From: Negativicutes bacterium
Lineage (GTDB): Bacteria; Bacillota; Negativicutes; UBA1444
Assembly (NCBI GenBank): GCA_963665275.2
Contig: CAXXIN010000008.1
Span: forward strand, 1-64,000
Length of the DNA stretch: 64,000 nucleotides
Reading direction: 5' to 3'
Numbering within the stretch: the stretch's first letter is position 1; each line of letters starts with the position of its first letter. The notes under the pieces are model-generated. The model was not told the origin of the DNA. It was given only the letters and a program-made list of their open reading frames with translations, and made no database searches. Made by a program: the position numbers and the translations under genes. Below are positions 1 through 9,664 of this stretch, piece after piece.

Positions 1-145
1 GCAGCGAGAATACCGCATCGCCAATGTACGCCAATATCAACGCCGGCAATTGGCCCGGATCTTCATAACCGGGCCCGGCTAAAAGACGATTGCAGCTTTC
101 AGTCAGATCCCTCTTCAGCTTCGCCTGAAAGTCAATAAATTTCAA
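1..145 (-). CDS. mrnC: Mini-ribonuclease III (5' part; runs off the window edge)
   Basis: Manual translation from TTG at 145, which overlaps the cysS stop: [56 protein letters not shown] is the RNase III signature, and cysS-mrnC is the usual Firmicute order. Confidence 0.85.
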   Translation of the reverse strand, partial: MKFIDFQAKLKRDLTESCNRLLAGPGYEDPGQLPALILAYIGDAVFSL

Positions 146-1592
146 GCGCGTTTCCACCGGGCACCTTGCGGAGAATCTTCAACCAGAATTCCGGCGGCCT
201 GAAGGCTTTTTCTGATGGAATCAGCCATTGCCCAGTCTTTGTTCTCGCGTGCAGAACGTCGTAATTCCAACAATATTTTCATTAAGGATTCAACCATAGC
301 CTCATCCTGGCCGACGCTTTCTGGAATATCCTCCATTGAAAGGCCCAATGCTTCCAGCATATCGGACAAAGCCGCAGTTGCTGTGCTGATACCGTCCCTA
401 TCGGGGTTCGCATCGCCGCGTAAAGCGGCTTGGCATGAGGCATTCAGTGTTTTGGCCAGTGCGAACAAACTGCTAAGTGCCAGTGCGGTATTGAAATCAT
501 CATCCATCGCTTCTTCATATTCCAACCGTGCGGTAGCCACAGCTTCGGCGAGTTCTATCGACGGCTCTCCTCCATCCTGCACAGGCATTTGTTTTAGAAG
601 TTGCTTAGCCCCCTGCACGGCGCTTACCAACCGCGTCAGTGCTTTCTCCGCTTCTGTAAGCCGTTCGTCGCTGAAATCCAGCGGACTGCGGTAATGTGTT
701 GAAAGGATAAAGAAACGCAACACCACCGGTCGGAAATGCTCGAGAATATCCTTGACCAGAAAGAAATTCCCGAGAGATTTGCTCATCTTTTCCGAATTTA
801 CGGTGACAAACCCATTATGGACCCAGTAATGCACGAAGGGAGCGCAACTGGTATAGGCTTCCGACTGTGCCACTTCATTTTCATGATGCGGAAAAATCAG
901 ATCGCTTCCGCCGCCGTGAAAATCAAAACCGCATCCTAAATATTTGTACGACATGGCACTGCATTCAATGTGCCATCCAGGGCGCCCAAGTCCCCAGGGA
1001 CTTTCCCACGAGGGTTCTCCGGGTTTGGCGCTTTTCCATAAAGCAAAGTCCATAGGATGTCGTTTGCGGTCATCCCACTTTCGACCCGCGCACACAGCCA
1101 TTCATATCATCAAGGCTGCGTCCGCTCAGGCGCCCATAAGTTGCAAAATCCTGCACACTGAAATAAACGTCACCGTCCATCTCATAGGCATGCCCTTTGT
1201 CGATCAACTTACCCACCATTTCGATTATTTCCGTCATATGTTCCGATACGCGCGGATACAAGTCCACCCGCCGAATATTCAGGCTGTCCATTACGTCGAA
1301 GTAGGATTTGATGTACCGGTCTGCCAGCTCATGCCAGGTGATGCCTTCCTTCGCTGCAGCATAGATGATCTAGTCATCGACATCCCGTGAAATTCTGGAT
1401 ATGCTGGACCTGCAGCCCCTGCCGCTCGAAATATCGGTGGATGACATCCCATATGATGAAAGGGCGGGCATTCCCGATGTGCGGATGATTATAGGGAGTG
1501 ACACCGCAGACATAGATTTTGACCTTACCCGGCTCAGCCGGAATAAAGGGTTCCTTTTCTTTGGTCAGTGTGTTATATACTTTCAAGTTCAC
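142..1592 (-). CDS. cysS: Cysteine--tRNA ligase, split into three ORFs (1374-1592, 1070-1291, 142-1101) by apparent sequencing indels
   Basis: [17 protein letters not shown] (HIGH-like), [33 protein letters not shown] and KMSKSLGN motifs. Frame breaks near 1385 and 1075-1102, plus an in-frame TAG at 1370-1372. Confidence 0.93.
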
Positions 1593-1659
1593 AGCTCGCC
1601 CTCCTGCGCAAAAAATCGAACGTCAGAAAACTTCTGTTGAAACCCAGGATCACTTATAT

Positions 1660-3126
1660 TTATTGTACCAGTTTCATCGAATGCCGTATGCGGGCCATCG
1701 TCCGTTCAATCCCCAACAGAGGAATCAGGGAGGCCAGCTCGGGCCCATGCATCTGTCCAGTCAATGCCACCCGCACCGGCATGAATACTTTCTTGCCACC
1801 CAGCTTCAGCTCTTTGCCAATCGCTTTGAGCATGGCCTGTACTTGCTCGCCGGTGATGCTTTCCATCGCTGCCAGCTTCGCCAAAAACTCATCCATCACC
1901 CGAACAACGTCCGGATCCTTCAATATCTGAGCTGTTTCATCGTTTTCCATAGCCACGTCATCATGAAAGAAAACCGCCGCATGCTCTGGAATCTGTGCTG
2001 CGAAGCTGACGTAGTCACGAACGGCTCCCACCACCTGCTTGACCCACTCCAAGCGTTCAGCATTTAGTTCTTCACTGATCAATCCCGTTGCTTTCAGATG
2101 CGGCAACGCCATTTCGGTCAGCGTATCCAGATCCAGTTTTTTTAAATAATGGGAATTAATCCAGTTCAATTTATCGATGTCAAATACCGCAGGATTTTTG
2201 GCGACATGATCCAGGGAAAAAAGTTCAATCAACTCCGCGCTTGTAAAAATTTCTTGTTCACCAGGAGGAGACCAGCCAAGCAAGGCTAGAAAATTGACCA
2301 CAGCCTCAGGCAGATAGCCTAGCGCCTTATACTGTTCAACGGAGGTCGCCCCATGGCGCTTGCTCATCTTGCTGCGATCCTTGCCCAGGATCAGCGATAT
2401 GTGGCCAAATTCAGGCAAAGGCAGACCCAGTGCTTCATAAATCAGAATCTGGCGCGGAGTATTCGACAAGTGCTCTTCGGCCCGGATGACATGGGTAATC
2501 TGCATCAAGGCATCGTCGAGCACTACGGCGTAATTATATACAGGCAGTCCATCTGATTTGACGATAACATAATCACCGATTCCGTTAGAGTCAAAGGTGA
2601 CCGTGTCCCGCACAGCATCATGAAATGAAATCATTTGATTTTCCGGCACCCGGAACCGGATAGTCGGTCTGCGCCCCTCGGCGATTAGTTTTTGTTCCTC
2701 TTCCGCACTGAGATTCCGGCATTTCCCCATATATTGAGGCATCAGGCCTTTGACCATCAGCGCCTGCCGTTCGGCTTCAAGCTCTACATCAGTACAGTAA
2801 CAACGGTACGCCTTGCCGCTTTCCAACAATTTAGCCGTATACTCGGCATAAATGGGCAATCGTTCCGTCTGTCGGTAGGGACCGTGTTCTCCGCCCACAT
2901 CAATCCCTTCATCCCAGTCAATCCCCAACCAACGCAGCGCCGCCTTGATGTTTTCCTCGGACTCTCGGCTCGAACGCTCAAGATCGGTATCCTCAATCCT
3001 CAAAATAAGTTTTCCGCCGTAACGGCGGGCCAACAGCCAATTAAAGAGGGCCGATCGCGCACCTCCGATATGAAACGGACCGGTGGGACTCGGCGCGAAC
3101 CGGACTCGCATTTTTTCCATAGACAT
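1660..3126 (-). CDS. gltX: Glutamate--tRNA ligase
   Basis: RVRFAPSPTGPFHIGGARSALFN, LRIEDTD and KMSKRHG motifs. Start placed at MSMEKMRVRF. Confidence 0.96.
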   Translation of the reverse strand: MSMEKMRVRFAPSPTGPFHIGGARSALFNWLLARRYGGKLILRIEDTDLERSSRESEENIKAALRWLGIDWDEGIDVGGEHGPYRQTERLPIYAEYTAKLLESGKAYRCYCTDVELEAERQALMVKGLMPQYMGKCRNLSAEEEQKLIAEGRRPTIRFRVPENQMISFHDAVRDTVTFDSNGIGDYVIVKSDGLPVYNYAVVLDDALMQITHVIRAEEHLSNTPRQILIYEALGLPLPEFGHISLILGKDRSKMSKRHGATSVEQYKALGYLPEAVVNFLALLGWSPPGEQEIFTSAELIELFSLDHVAKNPAVFDIDKLNWINSHYLKKLDLDTLTEMALPHLKATGLISEELNAERLEWVKQVVGAVRDYVSFAAQIPEHAAVFFHDDVAMENDETAQILKDPDVVRVMDEFLAKLAAMESITGEQVQAMLKAIGKELKLGGKKVFMPVRVALTGQMHGPELASLIPLLGIERTMARIRHSMKLVQ

Positions 3127-3157
3127 TTCTATCACCCAACCCTTTCGGAGCTTCTCA

Positions 3158-4342
3158 CTATATCGATCCAATCATGACAACAGCCTGGGCGGCTATGCCC
3201 TCCTGGCGACCAACAAAACCCAGTTTTTCGGTCGTAGTTGCCTTCACATTGACTTGGTTTATCTGCACGCCCAAATTTTCGGCGATAAGAGTGTTCATTC
3301 GACCAATGTAGGGCGCCATTTTCGGTTCCTGCGCTTCAATAATCGCATCTACATTATGGATGCAAAACCCGGACTCCGCAACTTTATCCCGCACTTCTCG
3401 CAACAAAACCAGGCTGGAAATCCCCCTGTAACGGGGATCGTTATCTGGAAAATGGCGTCCGATGTCACCTAGACCCGCCGCACCTAAGAGAGCGTCTGAA
3501 ATGGCATGCAACAAAACATCAGCATCTGAATGACCTTCCAATCCAAATGAATGCGGCACGCAAACCCCGCCCAGCATGAGAGGCCTGCCTGTCACAAATC
3601 GATGAACGTCGTAGCCGATTCCCGCTCTCTGCATGCTCTGTGCTCTTCCTCCCGTAGCCACCGCCTCAGCTAAAGATACGTCCTCCGGCGTGGTTACCTT
3701 AAAATTCAAATAGGATCCGTGTACCAATTTCACACTGCCGCCGGTCCACTCGACCAGCGCCGCGTCGTCGGTTGCCAGGACTCCTTCAGCTGCAGCCTGC
3801 TCATGTGCTCTTCGCAGGACCTCGCGCCTAAAAACCTGGGGGGTCTGTATCTGCCAAAGGTTGCTGCGATCTAAGGTTTCTTGGACAACAGCCGACGCAT
3901 CGGCCCGTTTAATGGTATCTTTAACCGGCACAGCAACCACAGCAGCGCCATGTTCAGTAGCAGCTGCTATTGACTGCCGCACAGTCTCCATCGTCACGAA
4001 AGGACGGGCGCCGTCATGAACCAGCACAAGATCTGAGGCTTCATCAACCAGACAGAGCGCATTACGAACTGAATGCTGACGCTCCGAGCCGCCGCGAACT
4101 ATCTGCCAGGGCACATTTCGAACCGTTTCCCGCAGAAGTGACGACACACGTTCCTCATTGGACTGTGAGACTGTTACAAGTAGCCGACTCAAACCCGGCA
4201 ACGAGTTAAACAGTTGAATCGAATGCCATAACAACGGCTGGCCGTCAATCAGCACAAATTGCTTATCGATTCCTTCGCCCATACGCGTTGAATTGCCAGC
4301 AGCCGCTATGATGACCGCAACTGTAGGAGACTGAACTGACAT
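3158..4342 (-). CDS. ispDF: Bifunctional IspD/IspF (MEP cytidylyltransferase + MEcPP synthase)
   Basis: N-terminal [18 protein letters not shown] and QTPQVF (IspD) are fused to [20 protein letters not shown] and KATTTEKLG (IspF). Confidence 0.95.
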   Translation of the reverse strand: MSVQSPTVAVIIAAAGNSTRMGEGIDKQFVLIDGQPLLWHSIQLFNSLPGLSRLLVTVSQSNEERVSSLLRETVRNVPWQIVRGGSERQHSVRNALCLVDEASDLVLVHDGARPFVTMETVRQSIAAATEHGAAVVAVPVKDTIKRADASAVVQETLDRSNLWQIQTPQVFRREVLRRAHEQAAAEGVLATDDAALVEWTGGSVKLVHGSYLNFKVTTPEDVSLAEAVATGGRAQSMQRAGIGYDVHRFVTGRPLMLGGVCVPHSFGLEGHSDADVLLHAISDALLGAAGLGDIGRHFPDNDPRYRGISSLVLLREVRDKVAESGFCIHNVDAIIEAQEPKMAPYIGRMNTLIAENLGVQINQVNVKATTTEKLGFVGRQEGIAAQAVVMIGSI

Positions 4343-4480
4343 TCAATGGTATCCCCCTTAAATCAGTGACTTGGCGCAGCCATCTTCACGTACAAGGAAA
4401 AATTCGCCGTTCTCGACAGCGATGACCCCTTCCATCAGAAAACGGCGATACTTATTAAAAATATGCGCTCCGAAGACTCC

Positions 4481-6163
4481 TTACGACTGCTTGGCCTTTG
4501 CCCAGGAGTCACGCAAAGACACGATCCGGTTAAACACAGGAAAACCCGGACGAGACTCCAAATCGGCGCAGAAATAACCCTGCCGCAGGAACTGATAATG
4601 GCTGCCAACAGGCGTGCCCGCCAATCCCGGTTCCATCATCGCCTGCTTCAAAACCACAAGCGAATTCGGGTTCAATGCGGACTGCCCGGCTTCCCCGTTG
4701 ATATCGCCAGCTGTACCGTCTTTATACAGGTGGTCATACAAACGGATCTCGACCGGAAGAGCATGCTCAGCCGCAACCCAGTGCAACGTCCCTTTCACCT
4801 TCCTGCCGCTGGTGGCGCCGCCACTTTTGGATTCCGGGTCATAGGTACAGCGAACCTCTGTGACTTCACCGGTCAGGTCGTCTTTGATCACTTGTTCACA
4901 CTTAATGATGTAGGCGTACTTCAGCCTCACTTCACGCCCGGGCGCCAAGCGGAAAAATTTTCCGGGCGGCTGTTCCATGAAGTCGTCTTGTTCAATATAC
5001 AAAACGCGCGAAAACGGCATTGTCCGCGAGCCCATCTCGGGGTTTTCCGGGTTGTTTTCGGCCGTAAGCTCTTCAACCACGCCTGCCGGATAATTTTCGA
5101 CAACCACTTTCAACGGCCGAAGCACGACCATGGCTCGGGCTGCCTTGACGTTCAGGTCTTCACGAATGCAATGCTCCAGCATTTCCAAATCTACGAGGCT
5201 ATTGCTCTTGGCCACGCCAATCCGTTCGCAGAAATCCCGGATCGCTTCCGGCGTGTATCCACGTCGCCGCAATCCCGAAATCGTCGGCATTCTCGGATCA
5301 TCCCACCCGCTCACCAGCTTCTGCTCAACCAGTTCGCGCAGCTTTCGCTTGCTCATTACTGTGTGGGTCAAGTTCAGTCGGGCAAATTCAATCTGTTGTG
5401 GCCGGTAGATGTCAAGCATCTCCACGCACCAGTCATACAACGGTCGATGATCTTCGAACTCCAGCGTGCAAATGGAGTGGGTGATTCGCTCAATAGCGTC
5501 CGAAACCGGATGGGCATAATCATACATGGGATAGATGCACCAGGCGTCACCTGTCCGATGATGCGTCGCCCGCAGAATCCGATACAAAACCGGGTCACGC
5601 ATGGTAATGTTGGGTGACGCCATGTCGATCTTCGCACGCAAAGTGCGCGTCCCGTCAGGGAACTCTCCTGCTCTCATACGTCGGAACAGATCCAGGCTCT
5701 CCGCCGCAGTACGTTCCCGAAAAGGGCTGTTGCGCCCCGGTTCAGTTAAAGTTCCACGATATTCCCTTATCTGTTGGGCATTCAGGTCGCAAACATATGC
5801 TTTTCCCATCTGAATGAGTTTTTCGGCATATTCATACAATTGAGGAAAATAATCCGACGCGTAAAACATCCGGTCACCCCAATCGAATCCAAGCCACTTG
5901 ACATCTTCCTGAATCGAATCGACATATTCCACATCTTCTTTACTGGGATTCGTGTCATCAAAGCGAAGATTGCACAGGCCTCCGTTTTCAGCGGCAATCC
6001 CGAAATTCAAACAAATGGACTTCGCATGTCCAATATGAAGATACCCGTTAGGCTCGGGCGGAAACCGGGTCTGCACACGCCCCCCATGCCTGCCAGTTTT
6101 CGCATCTTCATTGATGATATTCTGAATAAAATTGGATGGCAGCGTAACTGTTGGTGAATCCAT
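4481..6163 (-). CDS. glnS: Glutamine--tRNA ligase
   Basis: [42 protein letters not shown] and KVKGTLHWV motifs. Confidence 0.96.
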   Translation of the reverse strand: MDSPTVTLPSNFIQNIINEDAKTGRHGGRVQTRFPPEPNGYLHIGHAKSICLNFGIAAENGGLCNLRFDDTNPSKEDVEYVDSIQEDVKWLGFDWGDRMFYASDYFPQLYEYAEKLIQMGKAYVCDLNAQQIREYRGTLTEPGRNSPFRERTAAESLDLFRRMRAGEFPDGTRTLRAKIDMASPNITMRDPVLYRILRATHHRTGDAWCIYPMYDYAHPVSDAIERITHSICTLEFEDHRPLYDWCVEMLDIYRPQQIEFARLNLTHTVMSKRKLRELVEQKLVSGWDDPRMPTISGLRRRGYTPEAIRDFCERIGVAKSNSLVDLEMLEHCIREDLNVKAARAMVVLRPLKVVVENYPAGVVEELTAENNPENPEMGSRTMPFSRVLYIEQDDFMEQPPGKFFRLAPGREVRLKYAYIIKCEQVIKDDLTGEVTEVRCTYDPESKSGGATSGRKVKGTLHWVAAEHALPVEIRLYDHLYKDGTAGDINGEAGQSALNPNSLVVLKQAMMEPGLAGTPVGSHYQFLRQGYFCADLESRPGFPVFNRIVSLRDSWAKAKQS

Positions 6164-6184
6164 GCGAACTCTCCTTCAACCGAT

Positions 6185-7291
6185 TTATTTCAACTTGGCA
6201 AATATCATCCGTCCAGCGGCTGTCTGCAGAACCGAAGTCACCAATACATCAATGGTATCGCCCAGATGTTTCCTACCATTGTCAACAACAATCATGGTGC
6301 CATCATCCAGGTAGGCTACACCCTGACCGGATTCTTTACCATCCTTGACTACATGAACCACCATTTCTTCGCCAGGCAGTACCACCGGTTTTACGGCGTT
6401 TGCCAGTTCGTTAATGTTCATGACCGTCACACCCTGCAACTCGGCAACTTTGTTCAGGTTATAATCGTTCGTGAGAATTTTTCCCTTGATTAGTTGTCCG
6501 AGGCGGACCAGTTTTGCATCGACCTCCGCCACATCGTCGAAGTTGCGGTTGTCAATCTGTACGAAAACACCCATTTCCTTTTGAATTCTGTTCAATATAT
6601 CCAAACCCCGTCGTCCCCGGTTTCGTTTGAGCAAATCAGAGGAATCCGCAATATGCTGAAGCTCCTCCAAAACAAACCCCGGTATCAAGAGGGTCCCCTC
6701 GATAAATCCGCTTTTGCAGATATCGGCAATCCGACCGTCAATGATTACACTGGTATCCAGAATCTTGAAGTGGCCCGGCTGCGTCGTCGCCTTTTCTTTG
6801 TTACGATCTTTTCCGCCGCCCAAAAAGGCCGGCAACGACAACGAAGCCAACTCTTCTCTCTTGCGAATCGCTACATTGATCCCCGTGAACCCCAGAATTA
6901 CACTGAGAAAAATAGGGATGTAACTCCCGACCAAGGGAACCGGTATAAATGCCGCGCCTAATAAATTAGCTATAATAAGACCAATGCCCAACCCTAATAA
7001 ACCTGCCAGAACTTCATTCAAAGGCATCTTCAGCAACTTGGTTTCCATCCAGAAAGAATAGCGCCGAACGAAACCTGTCAACCAGGGCGACAATAAGTAT
7101 CCGACCAAAGACCCGGTCAACCCACCGACCAGATAGAAAAAAACCGTTCCTACTGTAACGCCAAAAACCCCTACCAGTGCGAAATCCGGCAACATCCCTT
7201 GCGGCAGTGAAAGCAAAACTCTATCGGCGGTCAACAGACCCCCAATCCCCGCCAGCACAGTGATCAGTATTCTCAGTACTTTCTCAATCAT
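6185..7291 (-). CDS. yacL: PIN/TRAM domain membrane protein (YacL family)
   Basis: Several N-terminal TM segments, PIN motif KILDTSVIIDGRI and TRAM motif GVAYLDDGTMIVV. GGAGG RBS precedes ATG 7291. Confidence 0.9.
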   Translation of the reverse strand: MIEKVLRILITVLAGIGGLLTADRVLLSLPQGMLPDFALVGVFGVTVGTVFFYLVGGLTGSLVGYLLSPWLTGFVRRYSFWMETKLLKMPLNEVLAGLLGLGIGLIIANLLGAAFIPVPLVGSYIPIFLSVILGFTGINVAIRKREELASLSLPAFLGGGKDRNKEKATTQPGHFKILDTSVIIDGRIADICKSGFIEGTLLIPGFVLEELQHIADSSDLLKRNRGRRGLDILNRIQKEMGVFVQIDNRNFDDVAEVDAKLVRLGQLIKGKILTNDYNLNKVAELQGVTVMNINELANAVKPVVLPGEEMVVHVVKDGKESGQGVAYLDDGTMIVVDNGRKHLGDTIDVLVTSVLQTAAGRMIFAKLK

Positions 7292-7405
7292 TCCCTCACC
7301 TCCCCTCGTTAAAATATTTGTATTTAATATATTATATAAGACCTGCGCAGTTCCCACAAGATTTCTTCGGTAGCGACGCTTCAAACTCCACAAAAAAAAA
7401 GGGCG

Positions 7406-7900
7406 TTACCCGCCCACCGGAAGTTCCGCAAAAACCGAATCAAGCCGCTCCGCAATCGCTTCTGCGTCTTTTCTCAATACCAGCACCAATTCGCTGACCA
7501 GTATCTGACGCGCCGTGTCAAGCAAGCGACGTTCTCCGGTAGAAAGTTTTTTTGCCCTATCCTGGATGGTCAGATTGCGAACAACCTCTGCCACCTCGTG
7601 AATGTTTCCGCTTTTTATTTTTGCCAGATTGATATTAAAGCGGCGATTCCAATTCACACAAGCTTGAGTCGGAGCCATGCGCAATGTGCAAAACACATTG
7701 TCAACTTCCGTCTCGCAGATCACTTCCCGCAATCCCACATGTTCAACATTGTCAAGAGGAATCATCACACGCATACCGCCACAAGGCATCGTCAGAATAA
7801 AATATTCCCGACGTTCACCCATGACCTCGTGTTCTTCGACTGCTTCAATGACACCTGCGCCATGCATTGGGTAAACCACTCTGTCTCCAACAGTAAGCAT
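7406..7900 (-). CDS. carD: CarD family transcriptional regulator
   Basis: GDRVVYPMHGAGVI, WNRR and LSTGER motifs. GGAGG RBS. Confidence 0.93.
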   Translation of the reverse strand: MLTVGDRVVYPMHGAGVIEAVEEHEVMGERREYFILTMPCGGMRVMIPLDNVEHVGLREVICETEVDNVFCTLRMAPTQACVNWNRRFNINLAKIKSGNIHEVAEVVRNLTIQDRAKKLSTGERRLLDTARQILVSELVLVLRKDAEAIAERLDSVFAELPVGG

Positions 7901-7963
7901 TTTGCACCTCCGAACGGAAAACCGATCTTTAAAATCATGTTGCACTCATATAGACATGAAGTG

Positions 7964-7993
7964 ATTATATCATACAAAGATGTTTTTTGTCAA
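7964..7993 (-). promoter_or_regulatory. Sigma-A-type promoter for carD-yacL
   Basis: Minus strand reads TTGACA-18 nt-TATAAT with an extended TG. Confidence 0.65.
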
Positions 7994-8057
7994 AATCGGT
8001 ATTGTAACATGTACCCTGTATCCATGTCAATAAAGTTTTCCTCTTCACGAGTTGTGC

Positions 8058-8087
8058 TTGACAATGCTTAGACCCCCTTTATATAAT
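8058..8087 (+). promoter_or_regulatory. Sigma-A-type promoter for the 8114-8509 gene
   Basis: TTGACA-18 nt-TATAAT. Confidence 0.65.
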
Positions 8088-8113
8088 GAATTTAGAGTGA
8101 GGTGCTATAACAA

Positions 8114-8509
8114 TTGCAGGAAAAATCGTGCGCAGATTTCCAGATGGCTGTCGAAGATTATCTAATTCGCCACAGAAGCATTCTTGACGTCCTAACCAAG
8201 CACCAGGAAGCTGCGTCCCGGGTTAACCGCGCCGTAGCCAAAGCGGTGACCGAATGCGGCTGCATTTCAATCGTAGCAGAGCGGCAAAAAATCCCTGCCG
8301 ATGCAGAGTTTAGCAATTTAAAGTCTTTTATGTCTTCCCATTTGTCCGGCGAACTTTGTGAAAACTGCCGTGACGTTTTAATTAACGAGATGGGGCATTC
8401 TCTATTTTATCTTACTGCTTTGTGCAATCTTACCGGGTTGGACCTTCAGTCCGTTTTGCAGCATGAAACCAAAAACGTCCGTACCCTTGGGATATTTAAC
8501 TTATCGTAA
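8114..8509 (+). CDS. Conserved Firmicute hypothetical protein (CGC and CxxC motifs, MazG-like C-terminal helix)
   Basis: GAGGTG RBS, its own promoter and terminator. LIRHRSILD..KAVTECGC..LCENC..EMGHSLFYL resembles the protein commonly found between carD and disA in clostridia. Confidence 0.8.
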   Translation: MQEKSCADFQMAVEDYLIRHRSILDVLTKHQEAASRVNRAVAKAVTECGCISIVAERQKIPADAEFSNLKSFMSSHLSGELCENCRDVLINEMGHSLFYLTALCNLTGLDLQSVLQHETKNVRTLGIFNLS

Positions 8510-8521
8510 GTAGAATCAGCC

Positions 8522-8554
8522 AAGAAGGACGCCGTCAATGACGGCGTCCTTCTT
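8522..8554. terminator. Bidirectional intrinsic terminator between the convergent 8114-8509 gene and disA
   Basis: AAGAAGGACGCCGTCA-A-TGACGGCGTCCTTCTT inverted repeat followed by a T tract. Confidence 0.8.
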
Positions 8555-8575
8555 GTTTTTTACGACCATGCTCTA

Positions 8576-9664
8576 TCAAATACCGTTGTCAAAAATCGTC
8601 TGCTCGCGCAGCCTCTTGATTCCCTGCCGAATGGCACGGGCCCTCGCCTCGCCAATGCCGTCAACTTTGTCCAGCTCAGCCGGCGTGGCGCTATATATCC
8701 GGCTCACGGTTTTGAAATGGGCAACAATATTCTCCACAACCAGGGGCGGCAGGCGGGGAATTTGGCGTAAAATGCGGAATCCTCGCGGGATCACGGGCAC
8801 GTCCAACGTGCTGGGTGTAATTCCATATCCCAACAAACGCCCCACCCCATAACGGTCGAGTCCCTCTTCGGGCATGTGGCGCAACTGTTCGAAAATCTCC
8901 TCATGCGTCTTCAAATCTGGAACGACGCAATAATCCTGTATTAAGTCCCATACACCGACGTTGTTCGGCATAATCTCTTCCATCTGCATGTTGACCAGGC
9001 GGCCTTCGCTGCCGAGTTCGATGATATTCTGTTCTATTTCATTGGCAATGCGGCTCACTCGCTCCCCTCTTACCAGCACATCAACCACTTCGCCCAGCGT
9101 TACCAGTTCATCCAGCTCCAGTACATTGAGGCTGGAAAGGCTTTTTTGCAGAGCCTGATTATATCGTTCGAGCGTGTGCAGCGCCTGGTTGGCACGAGCC
9201 AGAATGAAAGTGATATCTTTTAGCGTATACCGAAGATCGCCCAGGTACATGGTGATAATATTACGGCGATGGGAAATCGCCACGACCAACGCACCGGTTT
9301 GCTTGGCGGCGCGCTCGGCAGTGCGGTGCCGCGTCCCTGTTTCAGACGTGGGAATACCCGGTTCAGGTATCAGCTGAGCATTGGCATACAATATTTTTTT
9401 ACCGTCGCCCGATAGAACCAAGGCTCCATCCATTTTAGCCAGTTCATAAAAATTAGAAGGACTGTACTCAGCATTGAGTTCAAACCCGCAGTCAACGATG
9501 CGCAGGGACTCCGGCGAGTCATCCATCAAAACCAGTGCGCCCATTTTGGCGCGAAGAATATTTTCCAGCCCCTCCCTTAAGGCAGTCCCCGGCGCCATTT
9601 TTCTTAGCATTTTCACAAATCGGGCGTCCCATAGTTTTGCTTCCGGCGCCTTCATCGTCGTCAT
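8576..9664 (-). CDS. disA: DNA integrity scanning diadenylate cyclase DisA
   Basis: APGTALREGLENI, ELAKMDGA and ETGTRHRTAER (DAC motifs), C-terminal HhH (VDGIGEARA). ATGA overlap with radA. Confidence 0.95.
   Translation of the reverse strand: MTTMKAPEAKLWDARFVKMLRKMAPGTALREGLENILRAKMGALVLMDDSPESLRIVDCGFELNAEYSPSNFYELAKMDGALVLSGDGKKILYANAQLIPEPGIPTSETGTRHRTAERAAKQTGALVVAISHRRNIITMYLGDLRYTLKDITFILARANQALHTLERYNQALQKSLSSLNVLELDELVTLGEVVDVLVRGERVSRIANEIEQNIIELGSEGRLVNMQMEEIMPNNVGVWDLIQDYCVVPDLKTHEEIFEQLRHMPEEGLDRYGVGRLLGYGITPSTLDVPVIPRGFRILRQIPRLPPLVVENIVAHFKTVSRIYSATPAELDKVDGIGEARARAIRQGIKRLREQTIFDNGI

Noticed and set aside
1370-1372. In-frame TAG in cysS as pyrrolysine or other recoding
   Set aside because: It lies about 12 nt from a frameshifting insertion in an error-dense segment and is one substitution from AAG. 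No pyl genes are in the window.
4463-5617. 384-aa plus-strand ORF
   Set aside because: Antisense shadow of glnS with no recognisable motif.
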